Positions 15,576 through 16,975 of a stretch of DNA of 16,975 nucleotides are shown piece by piece. Numbering within the stretch: position 1 is the first letter of the stretch; every line of letters begins with the position of its first letter. The notes under the pieces were generated by a model. The model saw nothing but the letters and a program-made list of their open reading frames with translations, was not told where the DNA came from and ran no database searches. Source of the DNA: Candidatus Nanopusillus sp. (GTDB taxonomy: Archaea > Nanobdellota > Nanobdellia > Nanobdellales > Nanobdellaceae); contig JAPYVP010000009.1 of assembly GCA_028276785.1 (NCBI GenBank), forward strand, positions 1-16,975, in the 5' to 3' direction. Both the position numbers and the translations under genes were made by a program.

Positions 15576-15690
15576 ATCCTAACAATCTCTTAATAACAGC
15601 AAATATATTATATATCAATGGCATTCAAAAGAATCTTACAAAAACTTATATGAAATTAAAAGAATTAATATTAGATATTTAATTAAAAAT

Positions 15691-16338
15691 TTATTGGGTA
15701 TTTTCTAATATTTTTTTAATTTCCAATAATTTATTTTGTAATAATTTATATCTACTAATTATTTCTTCTTTTTCTCTACTAATTTTATCTAAATCAGATT
15801 TTATTTTGCCAATTTCTATTTGCAAATTTTTAATCATTTCGTCTTTTTGATTTATAGTATTTTTCAGATCATCTCTTTCTTTTCTTAACTTTTCTATTTC
15901 TTCTCTTAAATTTTTTATTTGATTTTTTAGATCTTCTAATTCTCTATTAGAACTATTAAATGATATTATTAAATTTAATTGTCCAGATTTTAATTTTTCA
16001 TATGTTTCTATTATAAGAGAACCTGCCTTTGTTTTTCCGCTAATGTGATTTCTTATAGTCTCTTCAGATCTTCCCAATTCATCTGCAATTAAACTTATAG
16101 GCATTCCTGCTTTATATCTTGCATAAGCTGCTGCTGCAATTGCTAAACTATCAACCCATGTAGATTTTTCATTTGGATCTTTTATCAATTCTAATATCTC
16201 TGGTCTATATAAAGTTCCTATAATTAGAAATGTTTCTAATTTTTTTATATCATTTTTTCCCATAGGATTTAGTGGTATATTTTTAGGATCTATACCCATT
16301 TTTTCTGATTGTGATTGTGTAGAAATAGTATCTACCAT
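15691..16338 (-). CDS. helix-turn-helix DNA-binding protein with a long C-terminal coiled coil
   Basis: Residues about 78-100 (MPISLIADELGRSEETIRNHISG) look like a classic HTH, preceded by the helix AIAAAAYARYKAG. Residues about 130-215 are heptad-like and K/E/L/I-rich (ELEDLKNQIKNLREEIEKLRKERDDLKNTINQKDEMIKNLQIEIGKIKSDLDKI...). M14 is an alternative start. Confidence 0.55.
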   Translation of the reverse strand: MVDTISTQSQSEKMGIDPKNIPLNPMGKNDIKKLETFLIIGTLYRPEILELIKDPNEKSTWVDSLAIAAAAYARYKAGMPISLIADELGRSEETIRNHISGKTKAGSLIIETYEKLKSGQLNLIISFNSSNRELEDLKNQIKNLREEIEKLRKERDDLKNTINQKDEMIKNLQIEIGKIKSDLDKISREKEEIISRYKLLQNKLLEIKKILENTQ

Positions 16339-16361
16339 AACAATATAGTTGTAAATTAATC

Positions 16362-16369
16362 TTTATAAA
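16362..16369 (-). promoter_or_regulatory. candidate TATA box for the HTH/coiled-coil gene
   Basis: tttataaa is centred about 27 nt upstream of ATG 16338, with no Shine-Dalgarno sequence. Specificity is weak in AT-rich DNA. Confidence 0.3.
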
Positions 16370-16413
16370 TTAAACGAAGAAACTAAAAAATTAATATTCA
16401 AAATATATTAAAA

Positions 16414-16782
16414 TTATTCTATATCAATTTTCCAAATAATAAGTGCTAATAATGCTTCTATTATATCTATTATCAACGTTATTCCAGCTAGTATGTTTGT
16501 AAATAAGGCATTTATATCACCATTTCTAATGTAATGGACATATCCAAAAATTAATGTTAATAACATTATTAACCAAAATATTATGTTTGGTAAATAGTAT
16601 TTTCTCCAATTTAATAAGAATATTAACCCAGATATTATAGATAATCCTACAAACATTCCTACAAATGCTCCTAATAATAAAGATACATTTATTGCTATTG
16701 CTCCTGCTACTAACATATGTATTCCAGCCCAAAAAGTAGCTAATAACATTCCAACCCAACCAATTATATTTTTTATTTCCAT
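16414..16782 (-). CDS. small integral membrane protein (about 4 TM), unknown family
   Basis: The 122-aa ORF consists of four hydrophobic segments separated by short polar loops. I recognise no motif. Confidence 0.5.
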   Translation of the reverse strand: MEIKNIIGWVGMLLATFWAGIHMLVAGAIAINVSLLLGAFVGMFVGLSIISGLIFLLNWRKYYLPNIIFWLIMLLTLIFGYVHYIRNGDINALFTNILAGITLIIDIIEALLALIIWKIDIE

Positions 16783-16851
16783 CTTGTAACTTTGTTATAA
16801 GAATTTATAAAATCTATAAAATTTATATTTAAATAAACATTATAAATAAAG

Positions 16852-16975
16852 ATGAGAGGAAAAATTTTTGATAGTCTTATGCTATTTATAGGATATTATC
16901 TTCCAATATTTATTATAATTCTTGCAGGAGTTATATTTATTTTAACTTCAATATTTAAATATTACCATATTTATA
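16852..16975 (+). CDS. 5' end of a membrane protein gene (runs off the right edge)
   Basis: ATG 16852 opens MRGKIFDSLMLFIGYYLPIFIIILAGVIFILTSIFKYYHIY, which stays open to the window end and is hydrophobic. Only about 41 codons are visible. Confidence 0.35.
   Translation, partial: MRGKIFDSLMLFIGYYLPIFIIILAGVIFILTSIFKYYHIY

Noticed and set aside
16526-16759. A 77-aa alternative-frame minus-strand ORF within the 122-aa membrane protein gene
   Set aside because: The longer frame gives a coherent four-helix membrane protein. The alternative frame has no hydrophobic periodicity or motif.
1-16975. Scan for CRISPR arrays, tRNA/rRNA genes, and IS, transposase or integrase genes
   Set aside because: There are no regularly spaced repeats of CRISPR size. 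No GC-rich structured segments typical of stable RNAs in AT-rich thermophile-like genomes are present. No ORF has DDE, tyrosine-recombinase or serine-recombinase motifs that I could recognise.

Overview
The window is very AT-rich, roughly 25% GC by hand count of sample lines. It looks archaeal, which is an inference from four things: TATA-like boxes about 25 nt upstream of many ATGs with no Shine-Dalgarno sequence, oligo-T after genes, twin-arginine RRDFLK signal peptides followed by Thr-rich stalks, and an archaeal-type RHH VapB antitoxin. From left to right the content is as follows. (1) The 5' tip of a pyruvate kinase gene on the minus strand. (2) A glycan-biosynthesis cluster at 196-5757: phosphohexomutase, an FkbM-type methyltransferase, two GT4 and one GT2 glycosyltransferases. 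(3) A gene-decay zone at about 5805-8770: a C-terminal stump of dTDP-glucose 4,6-dehydratase, an orphan VapB-like antitoxin with no toxin, frameshifted ORF fragments, and one intact polytopic membrane protein with a four-fold internal repeat. (4) A tightly coupled LemA + GIDE-domain membrane protein pair, divergent from a minimal MscS-like channel and followed by an uncharacterised membrane-anchored 306-aa protein. (5) A small single-EamA transporter. (6) A two-gene Tat-secreted unit, a GH-A-like hydrolase plus a Thr-repeat surface protein, downstream of a tandemly duplicated promoter core. (7) An HTH plus long coiled-coil protein. (8) Small membrane proteins. I could not recognise any rRNA, tRNA, CRISPR array, transposase or integrase. 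The best candidate for an undescribed system is the LemA-GIDE cassette and its membrane-protein neighbourhood. All family assignments come from motif recognition by eye, not from database searches.
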